Below are positions 36,490-51,286 of a DNA stretch of 64,000 nt, in pieces. Under the pieces are notes generated by a model. That model was given only the letters and a program-made list of their open reading frames with translations. It had not been told where the DNA came from and did no database searches. The position numbers were made by a program, and so were the translations under genes. Positions within the stretch are counted from its first letter, which is position 1, and each line of letters begins with the position of its first letter. Source of the stretch: Octopus sinensis (taxonomy: Eukaryota); assembly GCF_006345805.1 (NCBI RefSeq), contig NC_043014.1, positions 32,054,001 to 32,118,000 of the forward strand, read 5' to 3'.

Positions 36490-37135
36490 TTACTATAAAT
36501 CTTCCATTGAGGTGGGAACCAGTTTCCAACAAAGATACAAGGCTCTGACTTTGGAATGTAGTTAACACAGACAAATTCACATTTGGAACTTGAGAAAAAG
36601 TCTTGCATATTTTTACTATTCTACTCACAGATTGGACTTGTAATGTACAAATCAGCGAGTCATTTTTCTCTTTCTGAAAATCCCAGTTTATCCAGATTCT
36701 CCTTTAAACATTTACCAACAAAACATAGTGCACCAATTATTATTGGTATGAATATGAATTCATAGTCTGGATATAGAAGCTGGAGGTTTCAGAGCAGTTG
36801 TCCATAGATATCCTCTTTTTCTTTGATTTTCAAAGAGATATTTATATCTTCAGGGCAGCTAACCTCTATGATGGCACATGCCTTTGCCCCTCTGTCCCAA
36901 ACAACAATATCTGGCCTGTTATGCTTACATTTGATAGAAGTTTTGATGGGAATATTCCACTAGTGTTCCTTTGGTTGGTGTTTATGAATGTATTCCATAA
37001 CAGAGAGATTTTCTAAGTTTATTTCAGGACAGTCTTTTTTGCGAATGGCATCGTAAATTGCTTTAGCAACAACATCGTGCTGCATAGGGAGGTATTACTG
37101 TGCTGATATTTTAGAACAGTTGCTTTCTTCTTGGG
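36490..37135 (-). mobile_element. R4-like RLE non-LTR retrotransposon 3' fragment (second lineage)
   Basis: YLPMQHDVVAKAIY...KHNRPDIVVWDR...IIEVSCP...KEKEDIYG..LYPDY..IPIIIGAL; same family as 59712-60667. Confidence 0.85.
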
Positions 37136-38611
37136 TGGAGCCTGTCAACATCACTGTTTCTGTGGAAGTTCCCAGTTGTCAGGATTTTGTGGGTTTTGAT
37201 ATCTATGGAGTGGGTTTCCTATGCATGTATGTGTGGGTTTTGATATCTATGGAGTGGGTTTCCTATGCATATATGTATGTGTGTGTGTACTGTTATATTG
37301 CAGGATGGTCATTTTTTTTTTTTTTGCCAAATAAACATGTGTACTATATATTCACTCGCCACATCAGATTTATTATTGTTCTTATTTTATGTCCTTTGTC
37401 TGAAAATCTTCTGTCACATATCCTGCGACTTCTTCAGCAACTCTCCACCCTCTGTGTCTCCTCTTGTTCTGTTTAGTTCATTCTGTCTTCCTATGGTGTC
37501 ACCATAGAAATCTGATATGGCTATAAAGTCTGTTATCAGACACTTAAGAAAAATAAGGAGAATTATATGTCTACAAAGTTTTTATTAATGCAGTCATTTA
37601 TACAGTATATTCTCTTTAAAGATCTGTTCAAAATATGCTTCTGCTGCATGGATATCTTGCTATGTGGTGTTAGTTTGCATCTTGTTGGTTCATCTGCATC
37701 CAGATTTCATCCTGGTTAACAACATATCCATGCAGCTTTATTCAAGGTCTTGCCACTATCAAGGTTTGAAGAGAACTAGAATATAATGGTTTAGAAAGTC
37801 TTATATTTTTGTTAGGGTACAATTAGTGTTGAGTGCAAAGAATATAGAAGATAGTGGAGAGAAACCTGATATGGCTATAAAATCCATTATCAGATTGACC
37901 CTACGATGATCCTAAGGTTTATACATAGAATGGAGAACACTAGGTAGTAAACTAGGTCAGAACATATTTCATCCACAAGCATTAAGTGAAATAATAGGAA
38001 TAATTTCTGTGAGAGATTTATACATTAAGGGTCGCTAAATCAAATAGAATTTAAATATATAAGATACACAGAATTTTCTTGTAAGGCCAGGAGAATTATT
38101 CACAGTATGATAGACTATTTTGACCTACAGTGAAATCAGAATTTCCATCTATGTAAACCAACCTTAGATCTATCTATATGTAGGTAACATCCTTCTGGAT
38201 ATATATAATAGAGTATTTCATATGTGAAGTGTTTACACATGAAGGATAATAATAACTGGTTGGAGAAATCAAGAGTGAATAATATATGAAACATTTAGGA
38301 AATAAGTAAAAGATGGTAGATACAAAGTCCAGAATTGAAGGTAAAGAAATAATGAAGGACAATTAAAGTAGGGGTATAAATTACTAATAAAATATAAAGG
38401 CAAACTGGTTATTGTACTATGATTTACAAGAGAAAACTCACAATATAATCAGACACCATGAATTGCTTTTTGAAAAGTGATAATGTAACTCTTCAATGTT
38501 GTAAAAAAAAGAATTGTCAGGATAAAAAATTAGGGTTAATGACTATCAAACTTGGTGCATAAGAAAATCGGACATTTCATTCTTAATGACCTGATATATA
38601 TATGTATGTAT

Positions 38612-38812
38612 TTGTATGTCTGTGTTTGCCCCCCCCCCACCATTGCTTGACAACTGATGTTGGTGTGTTTACATCCTTGTAACTTAGCGATTCAGCAAAA
38701 GAGACCGATAGAATAAATACTAGATTTACAAAGAATAAGTCCTGAGATCAATTTGTTCAACTAAAGGTACTGCTCCAGCATGGCAACAGTCAAATGACTG
38801 AAACAAGTAAAA
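38612..38812 (+). mobile_element. SINE family A, 3' half
   Basis: GCTTGACAACTGATG...GACTGAAACAAGTAAAA. Confidence 0.85.
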
Positions 38813-39001
38813 AAAAAAGAAAGAAAGAATATATTTATATATACATATATTAATTGTTAAGGTGGCTATCTACAGTTTAAAAACCAAATGGCATGTGCAA
38901 ATCAGCACCATTGCTAGAAATAAGAGTCAAAACAACTCTTAGCCACAGGCAATATATATATATATATATTATATATATATATATATATGTATATGAATAC
39001 T

Positions 39002-39117
39002 AGGGCATCCAGCTGTAGAAACACTGCCAGATCTGACTGGCCTGGTGCAGCCTTCGGGCTCCCCAGGCCCCAGTTGAACCGTCCAAACCATGCTAGCATG
39101 GAAAGTGGACGTTAAAC

Positions 39118-39147
<30 letters not shown>
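39002..39147 (+). mobile_element. Family C 3' fragment, nearly identical to 28795-28920
   Basis: AGGGCATCCAGCTGTAGAAACACTGCCAGATCTGACTGGCCTGGTGCAGCCTTCGGGCTCCCCAG. Confidence 0.9.
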
Positions 39148-39148
<1 letters not shown>

Positions 39149-39188
39149 ACATATATATATATATGCATATATATATATATATATATAT

Positions 39189-39258
<70 letters not shown>

Positions 39259-39289
39259 TGTTGTGTATCTATATCTATATATATATATA

Positions 39290-40537
39290 TTGTGCCATAC
39301 CCATAAATAATAAATAACTACCTGCATCAACTTACTCTAAAAGCAGGTAGGAAATTTACCTTGTATTTATTCTTAGTGCAGATTTTGAAGAATGCAGTTT
39401 GATTTTGACAGATATTTTTCGAAAGCTATAATGGAAGTGACAAAGGAGCATATTCGGCATTTTTTGCTTTATAAATTCAATAAAGGCAACAATGCAACAG
39501 AAAGTGTGAGGAATATTAATGCAGTATATGGGGATTGGGCAATAAGTGTAAACCAGTGTCAACGGTGATTCCAGAAATTTCGAGCTGGAAGCTACAGCCT
39601 AGAAGATGAGACTCATACAGGAAGATCTGTAGAACTTGATGAGGATGTTCTGCAAACTCTGATGGAACATAATCCCATCATACTGTTGAGGAACTAGGAG
39701 AGAAGCTTGGATTTTGTCATTCAACCATTCATCGACACCTGTGTGCCATTGGAAAAGTCAGTAGATTAGGTCAGTGGTTTCCTCACAAACTTTTTGAATC
39801 TAATCATGCACAGTGAGTGAATGTGCGCTCTTCTTTGTTGTCAACTCTCACAAATGAACCTTTTTCAGACTAAATGATATCTGGTGATGAGAAAGGGTTC
39901 TCTATAAAGATGTGAAGCCCCAAAGACAGTGGGTAGGGAAAGGAGAAACACTGGCACTCTAGGCTAAAGAAGATCTTCCCCACCTACGTATGGTGTTGTT
40001 ATCTGTTTGGTGGGATATGAAAGGTTTAGTCCACTTTGAACTTTTAAACCCAAACCAAACGATAACAAAGGAGATCTACTGCGAGCAGCTTGAGCGGCTT
40101 AAGTTAGCACTAGAAGAAAAACGACCATCTTTGGTTTCAAGACGAAAGGTGTTCTTCCATCAGGATAATACTTGGCCACATAAAGCAAGGATGACATTCC
40201 AGAGGCTGGAGCAGTTTCAATGGTAAATGATGTTCCACCCACCATATTCATTGGACATTGACCCATCTGATTATCATTTATTTTGCAGTCTTCAAAATCA
40301 TTTGGACAGAAAAATATGAATTCAGTAGATGAGGTCAGAACTGTACTAGAGGAGTATTTTTCATCATGGACAAGTAAATTTTGGAAGAGGGGCCATGCAA
40401 GTGTACCAGATAGATGGCATAGCATTGTAGAAAATGAAGGAGAGTGTATTTTAGATTAAAAAAGAACTTTGTTTATCTTAACTTTGAAAATTCAAAAGAA
40501 GTATTAAAAATCCACATTATTTATGAGCTAACCCAAT
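39290..40537 (+). mobile_element. Near full-length decayed mariner (DD34D) transposon; transposase pseudogene ~39431-40459
   Basis: MEVTKEHIRHFLLYKF...SGDEK...VWWDMKG...FHQDNTWPH...HPPYSLDIDPSDYHLF; degenerate TIRs sharing CATAAATAAT; TA flanks; stops and frameshifts. Confidence 0.92.
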
Positions 40538-40543
40538 ATATAT

Positions 40544-40688
40544 ATCATCATCATCATTGTTTAACGTCCACTTTCCATGGGTTAGATGGTTTGACTGAGG
40601 GCTGGCAAACCAGATGGCTGCACCAGGCTCCAAACTGATGCGGCAGAGTTTCTACAGTAGGATGCCCTTCCTAATGCCAACCACTCCA
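40544..40688 (-). mobile_element. Family C 3' fragment
   Basis: (CAT)nTGTTTAACGTCCACTTTCCATG...GGATGCCCTTCCTAATGCCAACCAC. Confidence 0.8.
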
Positions 40689-40982
40689 AGTATGTGTGTG
40701 TGTGTATATATATAATATATATATACATATCTATATATGTATGTACATATTTAGATATACATAAAATACTTGTAAGCATAACTATTCCCTGAAGAAGTCT
40801 GCTTTACAATCATGGAATACTGAGCTTGCATACTCAGTGGCATTTTGAGTATCTTGTAACTTTTGAATATTCAGTAAGCATGCAGTTCATTTGATTAAAC
40901 AACCTGAGTATTTGTGATTGGGCCTAGTGATGACCTATGTACTTCTTATTCTTACAAAGTTAGATCTGTGTGTATGTGTGTG

Positions 40983-41024
<42 letters not shown>

Positions 41025-41151
41025 TGCATGATAGTGTATATTTGTATGAATATACATAGTACCCATATCAATATGAATATATTTATGATTTTGATAGCCA
41101 TCTAGCTAGCTGGCTTATTTTCTTCATTACACTGTGTTGTGTGCATGTATG

Positions 41152-41190
<39 letters not shown>

Positions 41191-41253
41191 TATATACATA
41201 AATACATATATATTGTATATATTCTTTAATATATATATATATGTGCGTGTGTG

Positions 41254-41300
<47 letters not shown>

Positions 41301-41674
41301 TTTAGAGAAAGAAGAGAGAGAGAGAAAGAAAGAGAGACAGAGAGAGAGAGAAGAGAGAAAGGAAATTATAGATAGAAAGAGAGGGGGTGAGAGGGACATG
41401 GATAGCAAGAGAGAGGGATAGATATGATTACATGGAGTAATGTACATAAAGATTTCCACCGATATGCACAGACTGCATAAGCACAACACACACACATGCA
41501 CACACGCATGCACACACTTGCAATCATAGACACACGTATGCACAGATTCAAATATACACAGAGAAACTTATACATATCTAGTGAATATTCATATGTACTT
41601 TAGAGTTAGCCAAGTTGCGTAAGATATAAATCACAGATTGTTTTGATACAAAGGTTTTATCTCTTCTAATAAGC

Positions 41675-41704
41675 ATGTGTATAGTATATACATGTGTGTG
41701 TGTG

Positions 41705-41774
<70 letters not shown>

Positions 41775-42477
41775 CATACATATATATATACATATATATA
41801 TATATTCATATATATATATATAAGTGTATGTGTCTATATATATATATATATATACACACATATATATATATATGTATATGTATATATCATACATATGTGT
41901 ATATGTATATATACATATTACATATGTATATATATATGTATATGTATATATATATGTATATGTATATATACATATTATATATATATATATGTAATATATA
42001 TATTATATATATATATATATATATATTAGCTATATATTATATATATATAATATAATATATATATACATATACATATACATATACATATATATATATGTGT
42101 GTGTGTGTGTGTATATTATATATATATATATATATATGTACCTATACATACATCTATATATGCCTATATAGATATATTTGTATATCTGTATATATGTGAC
42201 TGTGTGTGTATGTGTCTGCTGATGTGTGTATATATATGTGATTATTTATGCATGTGTGTGCTTGTCTTTGTATATATTCCATTTGTGTAAATGCTTGCAC
42301 CTGTATATTTCTCTTTGTGGAGAGAGACAGAGAGATGCATATGTCTTTATGTATTAATCTCTGTATGTAATTGCCTCTACCTATAAACACACATATATGT
42401 GATTGCGTAAGTCTTTCTGTATGTGTACTTGAATGTATATGCACATGTATGTGTCGATATAATATATATATATATAT

Positions 42478-42516
<39 letters not shown>

Positions 42517-42740
42517 GTATATGTATATATATGTATGCACGTATATATATATATATACGTGTTGTGGCTACTTCTTCAGCGTCTTTCTCAACTTTTATAC
42601 ACATACACACATGCATATACATATATATATATATATGCATACATACACATTGACACACACACATGTAAATTGCATAAACATGTGCATGCATTATTGTGTG
42701 TATGTGTGTATTTGTAAGTATATGCATGTGTGTGTTTGTG
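41675..42740. repeat. Large (TA)n/(TG)n microsatellite field
   Basis: Direct inspection. Confidence 0.9.
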
Positions 42741-43888
42741 TAACTCCTCATTCACGCTCTCTCCCTCCCTCTCTCTCACTCTCTCTCATTCCGCCCTCTT
42801 CTCTCTCCCCTTCCTCCGCACTCTCTGAATACCTATGCATGTGCATATATGAATATATATGTATATTATATTCATGTATGTGGCACATGTGTTTCTATAT
42901 TACCATTTGTATGTATAGCTCACATGTATGCATGTATATATGTTAATGTGTATGTATAGCACTACTACCACTACCACCACTATCACCACCACCAACACTA
43001 CCACTTGTAGCTGTAGTAGTTGTGGTGGTGGTAGCGGGGAGCAGTGGTGATAGTAATAGTAGTAGTAGTTGTAGTAGTAGTAGTAGCAGTACAATTTCCA
43101 TTTATTTTACTTCCAAATGTTTCCACATTTCTCACGACCACTCATAATGCGTCTGCAACTCTCACCGCTACTCTGTTCCTCATATTTTCCTCCTACTCTC
43201 ACCACCACTCATAATATTTCTACTACTCTCCCCATTACTCCTTATATTTTTACAACTCTCACCACTACTGGCACCAGAGGTTGACATATCCAGAGATATG
43301 GATCTAAGGATTCTCATATATAAGTGCTTCAGGTCTGCTTAATTGGAGGCTGACCTGGGGAAGCTGCAATAACTACTTACTACCACTCCAGTTATATCTG
43401 TCATTCTTACTGCAAGTCAATGCAGTCACTCAGCCCACTAAAAATACAGCCAGTTCTCACTCAAATCACACCCTACAATCATGCAATTTGAAGGACTCGA
43501 CTTAGTGGTCTTTATAGAGACTGTTATCATTTTCATCATCATTTAATCTCTTTTCTTTTGTATGTTTCAATCATTAGACTGTGGCCATACTGAGGCACTG
43601 TCCATTTTCTATGCTGCCATGGGTTGAAGGGTTTGACAGGATCTGAGGAACCACTGAGCAGTGTTAGGCCCCAATGTCAGTTAGGCATGCCTAACTGCCC
43701 TTAACACCAACCACTTTGCAAGGCTTAGCAGGTGTTTTTTGTGGGGACAATGACACCAATGAAGTCACCAAGAAAAGAAAAAGAAAGGGAAAAAATACCC
43801 AAATTTCCTAAATTATAAGTTTCCAGATAACTGATGGCATCGTTATTAATTAATTTGTTTATTTTTAATTTTAAGATTTACACTCAGA

Positions 43889-44283
43889 TGTGAGCTGGCA
43901 AAATCGTTAACACAACAGGCAAAATGCTTAATGGTGTTTCATCTGCTTTTGTATTCTATCCTCAAGTACCAGATCATCATTATGGTCGATGTAATCAACT
44001 TACTCCCTCCTATGAAATTGTTGGCTTTGTTTCAAAATTTGAAGCCAATATTCTAGCAAGAAGATAGCATGCTGGGCAAAATGTTTGGCAACATTTCTTC
44101 CATCTACATTCTGAGTTCAAATTCTACCAAGGTTATCTTTGTCTTTCATCCTTTTGGGGAGCAGAGGGGTTGATAAAACAATTACCTGCAGTGTACTGGG
44201 GTTGATGTAATTGACTTACCCTATATCCTGAAATTGCTGGCCTCGTGTGAAAATTTAAAACCATTGTTATAATATCATCATCA

Positions 44284-44317
<34 letters not shown>

Positions 44318-44487
44318 CAAAGTAGTGAGCTGGCAGAATTGTTAGCATGCTGGGCAAAATTTTTAATGGTATTTCACCTGTCATTACATTCTGAGTTCAA
44401 ATTCTGCAAAGGCTCACTTTGTCTTTCATCCTTTTGGTGCTGATAAATTAAGTACCAGTGAAACACTGGGGGCAATGTAATCAACTA
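43889..44487 (+). mobile_element. Cluster of three decayed SINE family B copies
   Basis: Repeated GTGAGCTGGCA and ACATTCTGAGTTCAAATTCT units. Confidence 0.75.
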
Positions 44488-44704
44488 GGTTTACAGTTAT
44501 CATGTAGTCACTTTAAATTTCTTTTAAAACATTTTATTACATTTGAATTTCAATCTTACAAACTGAAAAGGGAGCTTGACAAAATTAACTAAATTAGCAT
44601 AGAATAATGGTTTCATATTATTTTTATAATTAAGATCTAAACTGTTATTATATGAATGCGAAAGATAGTTAAATAACTGTAAACCTACTTTTGGACCACC
44701 CTGC
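44487..44704. mobile_element. Tc1/mariner-type MITE, left TIR truncated
   Basis: TAGGTTTACAGTTAT inverted to ATAACTGTAAACCTA; right end reads CAGGGTGGTCCAAAAG on the minus strand. Confidence 0.55.
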
Positions 44705-45654
44705 ATATGTATATATGTGTGTCTTTTTGTTTGTGTTTTTCCCTCCCACCACTAGACAACAGAGTTGGTTTGTTTACATCCTCATAACTTAGCAGTTTGG
44801 CAAGAGTGACGAACAGAATAATTACCAGACTTTGAAAAATGTTCAGCTTAATCCTTGAAGGCTGTGTCTAAGCATGGCCACAGTCCAATGAATGTCAAAA
44901 AATACCAAAAATGAAATTTTATAAAATCTAAACTGAGATGATACTAATCATAACATGCTTATACAATATTGTTATTAAGAACATATTTCAAATATTTAAA
45001 TGGCAAATATTTTAATAAAATTATAATTTTTCTAGCAATTAATCTCAATTGAAGAGATTAAGAGATGGAAGATACTTTCCCATATTTGCTAAATTTTTAT
45101 CAGTTTGGTCATTACTCATCTTGAGGTATGTTATTATTATTCTCAAATCAGCTGCTTGAATCTACGTACATAATACTTTCTGAGATACAGCAAAGATGTT
45201 TTGAACTTATGTCTTGATTTAATTATTGAAAAATGTTTCATGTGTTAAGATGACATGAACATATCAAAGCATAATCTTATTAACAACAGGTTGGTAGATT
45301 TAATCCTTAGCTCAGTTTAAAATAACCACTCAGTCCTTGTGTATCTTTAGTGGACTCTGCTACAATAGCATAACTAGTGCTAGACTGAGGGAAAATGAGG
45401 TCCTGTGCTTGGTAAGTTATGAGGACAGGGCCCTGTTATGAGGCCCCCTACTAAGGCAGGGCTCTGTTGACCAATGGCCCTGTGCTTAAGCACACCTAAG
45501 CACAATGGTAAATCAGGCACTGAGCATAGTTAGAAGCAAGGGACAAAGTTTGCTCTGGGTTGTGCTTTTATGGAAGAGGCACTGTTTGGTTTGCTGCATA
45601 AGCCTGTTTAGGCTGCAGGGAAATAAAAGTGCTTTTAATGTCAGGATACTACTC

Positions 45655-46295
45655 ATATTTTTTGTTGTGTCTTGGGAGAGTCATAACACCATTGATAATA
45701 ACACACCACACACAGGTTCAATTCCACTTCTTTATTGGCTTAAGTTGATTGGTTAAATATCTAACCATCTAATTAATTGATTGTTTGTTTGATGTTCAGG
45801 TTAAACAATCAGTTGTTTGTTAGACAGAGTTCTTTCATCACTGCTCACAATCTTTCCAGTGATTTAGTAACTTTCCCCCTTAGTCCATAGTCTTGACAAA
45901 CAACCAATTGTTTGTTTAAACCAATGTGTTAAACAAACAATCGATTAATTAGTTGGTTAGATATTTAAGTTATTGACTAATAATAAAGAAGTGAAATTAA
46001 ATCTGTGTGTATTATTATTTATTATTACTGGTAAGGCAGCGAGCTGGTAGAATTGTTAGCACACCAGGCAAAATGCTTAGCGACATTTCGTTGGTCCTCA
46101 CATTCTGAGTTCAAATTCTTCCAAGGTCCAGTTTGCCTTTCATCCTTTCGGAGTTGATGAAATAAGTACCAGTTATGCACTGGGGCCAATGTAATCGACT
46201 AGCCCATCTCCCCTAAATTTCAGGCATTGTGCCTGTAGTAGACAGGTTTATTATCATTACTGGCACAGTGACTCTCTCAAGAGACAACAAAATTT
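45655..46295. mobile_element. Foldback/MITE-like element, SINE B (46033-46247) inserted in right arm
   Basis: TTAAATATCTAACCATCTAATTAATTGATTGTTTGTTT inverted at ~45930-45968; outer TTTGTTGTGTCTTGGGAGAGTCA inverted at ~46269-46291. Confidence 0.7.
46033..46247 (+). mobile_element. SINE family B
   Basis: AAGGCAGCGAGCTGG...TTCTGAGTTCAAATTC. Confidence 0.85.
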
Positions 46296-46374
46296 ATTTC
46301 AGCACATGAATTCCCATCAAGAATCTTGCAAACCAAATACATAAATGACACAACTCGGAGCTTTTGGTCTAGAG

Positions 46375-47150
<776 letters not shown>

Positions 47151-47209
47151 ATTTAGAGTAACTTTAATTGTGGCCCTTAAGAGGATGGAGGCACAAACTA
47201 AAGGGCTGA

Positions 47210-47628
47210 AAGGCGGTGAGCTGGCAGAAATGTTAGCACGCCAGGCAAAATGCTTAGCGGTATTTTGTCTGTCTTTATGTTCTGAGTTCAAATTCCACCA
47301 AGGTCGACTTTGCTTTTCATCCTTTCGGGGGTCGATAAATTAAGTACCAGTTACACACTGGGGTCAATGTAATCGACTTAATCCCTTTGTCTGTCCTTGT
47401 TTGCCCTCTCTGTGTTTAGCCCCTTGTGGGTAGTAAAGAAATAGGTATTTTGTCTGTCTTTACGTTCTGAGTTCAAATTCTGCCGAGGTCGACTTTGCCT
47501 TTCATCCTTTTGGGAGTTGATAAATTAAGTATCAGTTACACACTGGGGTCGATGTAATCGACTTAATCCCTTTGTCTTTTCTTGTTTGTTCCCTCTATGT
47601 TTAGCCCCTTGTGGGCAATAAAGAAATA
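47210..47628 (+). mobile_element. SINE family B, dimeric copy with 17-bp TSD
   Basis: ACAAACTAAAGGGCTGA at 47193-47209 and 47629-47645. Confidence 0.92.
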
Positions 47629-48209
47629 ACAAACTAAAGGGCTGACCCTGGCAGCACACACTCTAGCTATGTCACTGCTCTATTAGGGGCTGGGAGGGGG
47701 TAGACTTAATTTATAAACTTGTTTAACGCCATCACCTGACAGGGTTGTTTTCCTTGATAGATAATCTTAAGTTGAGATAACAGTTAGATATTGGTGTCTA
47801 GCTTTGTAGAGGTTCTGTGCCATTCAATGAGATGTCAGACAATACAGCCACATGAATGACTTTTTATTGAAACAGCTTTTTATCAAACATTTTGCAGTGA
47901 ATAGCATTTCATCTTCTTCAAAAAGACTTTTGGTCAAACAGTACTTTATCAAAAGTAATTTTGCCAAACAACTTCTCATTGAAACAATTTTTTTTTCATC
48001 CAGATGACTTTTGACAGAACAATTTGATAAAATTATTATTTTGTAAAATAATTACAACTATAGAAAAATTTTAACTATTTTTTTTTTTTGATATTAACTA
48101 TAAATTTATTATAAATAAAATAAAATAAATTTAAAGAAAAAAACTAACGGCCAAATTTAAAATTTGTATAGGATAATCAATGGGGCTATTTACATTCTAG
48201 AGCAAAAGT

Positions 48210-48644
48210 CTGTGTGTGTATGTGTGTGTGTATGTGTGTGTTTGTTTGTTTGTTTGTGTGTGTGTTTGTTTGTTTGTGTGTGTGTATCTGTATGCAAGTG
48301 TACATGTGTATGTGTGTGCATGTGCATGTGTGTATGTGCGTGTGTTTGTGCATGTGTGTATCACTGAGTGTATGTGTGTGTGTGTGTATGCATGTGCATG
48401 TGTGTATGTGCGTGTGTTTGTGCATGTGTGTATGTGCGTGTGTTTGTGCATGTGTGTATGTGCGTGTGTTTGTGCATGTGTGTATCACTGAGTGTATGTG
48501 TATGTGAGTGCATATGTGTAAGTGTGTATGTGCGTATATGCATGTGCATGTGTGTATGTGCGTGTGTTTGTGCATGTGTGTATCACTGAGTGTATGTGTA
48601 TGTGAGTGCATATGTGTAAGTGTGTATGTGCGTATATGCATGTG

Positions 48645-48678
<34 letters not shown>

Positions 48679-48720
48679 TGTTTGTGTGTGTATGCATGTG
48701 TGTGCATATGAGTGTGAGTG
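48210..48720. repeat. TG-rich minisatellite with higher-order repeat
   Basis: GTGCGTGTGTTTGTGCATGTGTGTATCACTGAGTGTATG recurs three times. Confidence 0.88.
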
Positions 48721-48929
48721 AATGTTAAATAATGATGAAGATGATATACATCTACAGGAAACCCTATGTTTCATAGATTAATACGAGTGTGTTTCTTATT
48801 GCTGAAAGTTTGGTACACATCACACGTAATTTAGGAATCATCTCTCCACCTCTCTCCCTCTCCCCACCTTCTCCCTCTTCCTCTCATACACATCCTCACT
48901 CACTCAATATAACCCACACGGGAACGTAT

Positions 48930-49349
48930 TCCTTTAACCATGTACCTCTTCTACATCAAGACGTCAATTTCTGTCTCTGTGTCACACTTGAACCTTTCAT
49001 CATCTGACACAAGATCACCTCCTCCTCCATAGCCCCCTCCTCTTCCAAAGATTCCTTGTCTTGCAAAGTTACATGGTGGTCCTGCTGGTGCTGGGGCCAC
49101 ACTGTAAATTGGTTGGCATTTGGAAGGGCATCCAGCTGTAAAAACCATGCCAAAACTGATCTCGCCTGTGCTGGTGCCACACGAAAAGCACTTAGCCCAT
49201 TCCATGGGGATCCAACCATAAAAACCGTACCAAAACAGACACAGAAGTCTGGTTCAGTCTTCTTCCTGGCCAGCTCCTGTCAAACCGTTCAAACCACTAC
49301 AACATGGAAGGAGGACATTAAACGATGATGATGATGATGATGATGATGA
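48930..49349 (+). mobile_element. Family C element with upstream body
   Basis: GGAAGGGCATCCAGCTGTAAAAACC...(GAT)n; upstream part resembles the reverse of 58400-58510. Confidence 0.65.
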
Positions 49350-49751
49350 CATACTTACCCTTTATGCTGGTCAATTTTTTTCCCCTTAAACTGCCAAACA
49401 TTCCATGAGTATTCCTGGTTTACTTGCTTTCTCTTTGCCACAGTCGGTTTGCCTTGTTTTTATTTTAATGCCACATTTTCTTCTACCCCACTTCTTACTC
49501 AACAAAGCAGTCCTTCACCCCCCCCCCTCTCTCTCTCTCACTTATTCTCAAAACTTTTTATCTTCAGTTCACTCTATTCACATAATTGTTTTAATTTTTG
49601 AAAATCTATATTTTTTAATAAATTGCCTTATATATTATTTGGTCCATTAAATATTGGAGTCTGTTGAACTGAGAGTTTACTTTGTGTGCAAGTGTGTGCA
49701 AGTGTGTGTATGTGTGTATCTATCTATATTTTCCCTCTCTCGATATATATT

Positions 49752-50190
49752 CTTTTATTATTTTACTTGTTTCGTTCATTTAACTGTGGCCATGCTGTAG
49801 CACCATCTTGAAAAGTTTTAGTCAAACAAGTTGGCCCCAGTACTTATCTTTTGAGCCTGGTACTTTATTCTATCAGTTTTATTTTGCCGAACCAATAAGT
49901 TACAAGGATGTAAACACACCAACACCAGTTGTCAAGGGACGAACACAGACACAAAGACACACACACATAGATATATAGAAATACACACACACATAGATAT
50001 ATAGAAATACATACACACACATATTTGTGTGTGTGTATACATACAATGAGCTTTTTCCTGTTTCTGTCTCCTAAATCTGCTCTCTAGGCTTTGGTCAGCC
50101 CAAGGCTATAGTAGGGTACCATGCAGTGGGATTGAACCTGGAGCCATGTGATTGGGAAGTAAGCTCCTTACCACACAGCCATGCTTGCAC
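49752..50190 (-). mobile_element. SINE family A, diverged
   Basis: TTTTACTTGTTTC...CTTACCACACAGCCATG. Confidence 0.8.
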
Positions 50191-50409
50191 CTTTATGCGT
50201 GAGTGTGTGTGTGTGGGTGGGTGTATTATGCACACAGATGTCTGTATTCTTTTCTACTCTAGGCAAAGGATTGACCCCAGTATGCAACTGGGGTCAGAAA
50301 CATAGAAAAAGGAAAGGTCCAAGGAAGGGAAGACGGAGAAAGAAAATCGCCAACGATACACACATGTTCACATATTGAAACATATATATATATGCATATA
50401 TATATATAA

Positions 50410-50461
<52 letters not shown>

Positions 50462-50487
50462 ATATATATTATATATATATATATATT

Positions 50488-50606
50488 GGCCTGCTCGCTT
50501 AGCCAGCGGGGTGGCATCATTCGAAGGCTAAAACAATGCGAACGCATTGTGACCAGTGATGTGTCGCAACATCTGATGGTCTGGTCGCTCACGTGATCAC
50601 GTGATA
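50488..50606 (+). mobile_element. SINE family D variant 3' tail
   Basis: Matches 781-900 (GCTAAAACAATGC...CACGTGATCACGTGAT). Confidence 0.7.
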
Positions 50607-50716
50607 TACATATATTTAGTCAAACAAATTGGCCCCAGGACTTATTTTTAAGCCTGGTACTTTATTCTATCAGTTTGTTTTTACCAAACCACTAAGTTAC
50701 AGGGATATATATAAAT

Positions 50717-51031
50717 GAAAGGTAGAACAGAAAGAACACAACAAATGGAAACCAGCAACACAACATGTGGAAAAATAGATGGTAGCATGATAAATGGCAA
50801 AAGGACAAAAACAAGATATACGAATTATTCACAGCCGAATTCCTCATCAGTCAGAGTCTGGAAACTCCTTGTAGTTTCTCGAAACTACAAGAACTTTCCA
50901 CACTCTGACTGATGAGAAAATCTGTGTATCTTGTTTCTGTCCTCTTTGCCGTTTGTCGTGCTATTGTCTATTTTTTATGCATGTTGTTTTTTGTTGGTTT
51001 CTGTTTGTTGTACTCTTTCTGTTCTACCTTT
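50717..51031. mobile_element. Head-to-head inverted pair of pLTR-type fragments (~315-bp imperfect palindrome)
   Basis: Centre CTTGTAGTTTC-TC-GAAACTACAAG; CTCATCAGTCAGAGT / ACTCTGACTGATGAG; outer AAAGGTAGAACAGAAAGA / TCTTTCTGTTCTACCTTT. Confidence 0.75.
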
Positions 51032-51080
51032 GATTTATCCATGGGGCACTCTGTACAACCTGTTGTTTACTTTATATATA

Positions 51081-51251
51081 GGCATAGGAGTAGCTGTGTG
51101 GTAAGTAGCTTGCTTATCAACCACATGGTTCCAAGTTCAGTCCTACTGTGTGCCACCTTGGGCAAGTGTCTTCTACTATAGCCTCAGGCTAACCAAAGCC
51201 TTGTGAGTGGATTTGGTAGACTGAAACTGAAAGAAGCCCATCGTATATATG

Positions 51252-51286
<35 letters not shown>

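Noticed and set aside
37540-38460. Possible decayed RT-coding region
   Set aside because: No diagnostic RT motif readable in any frame by eye
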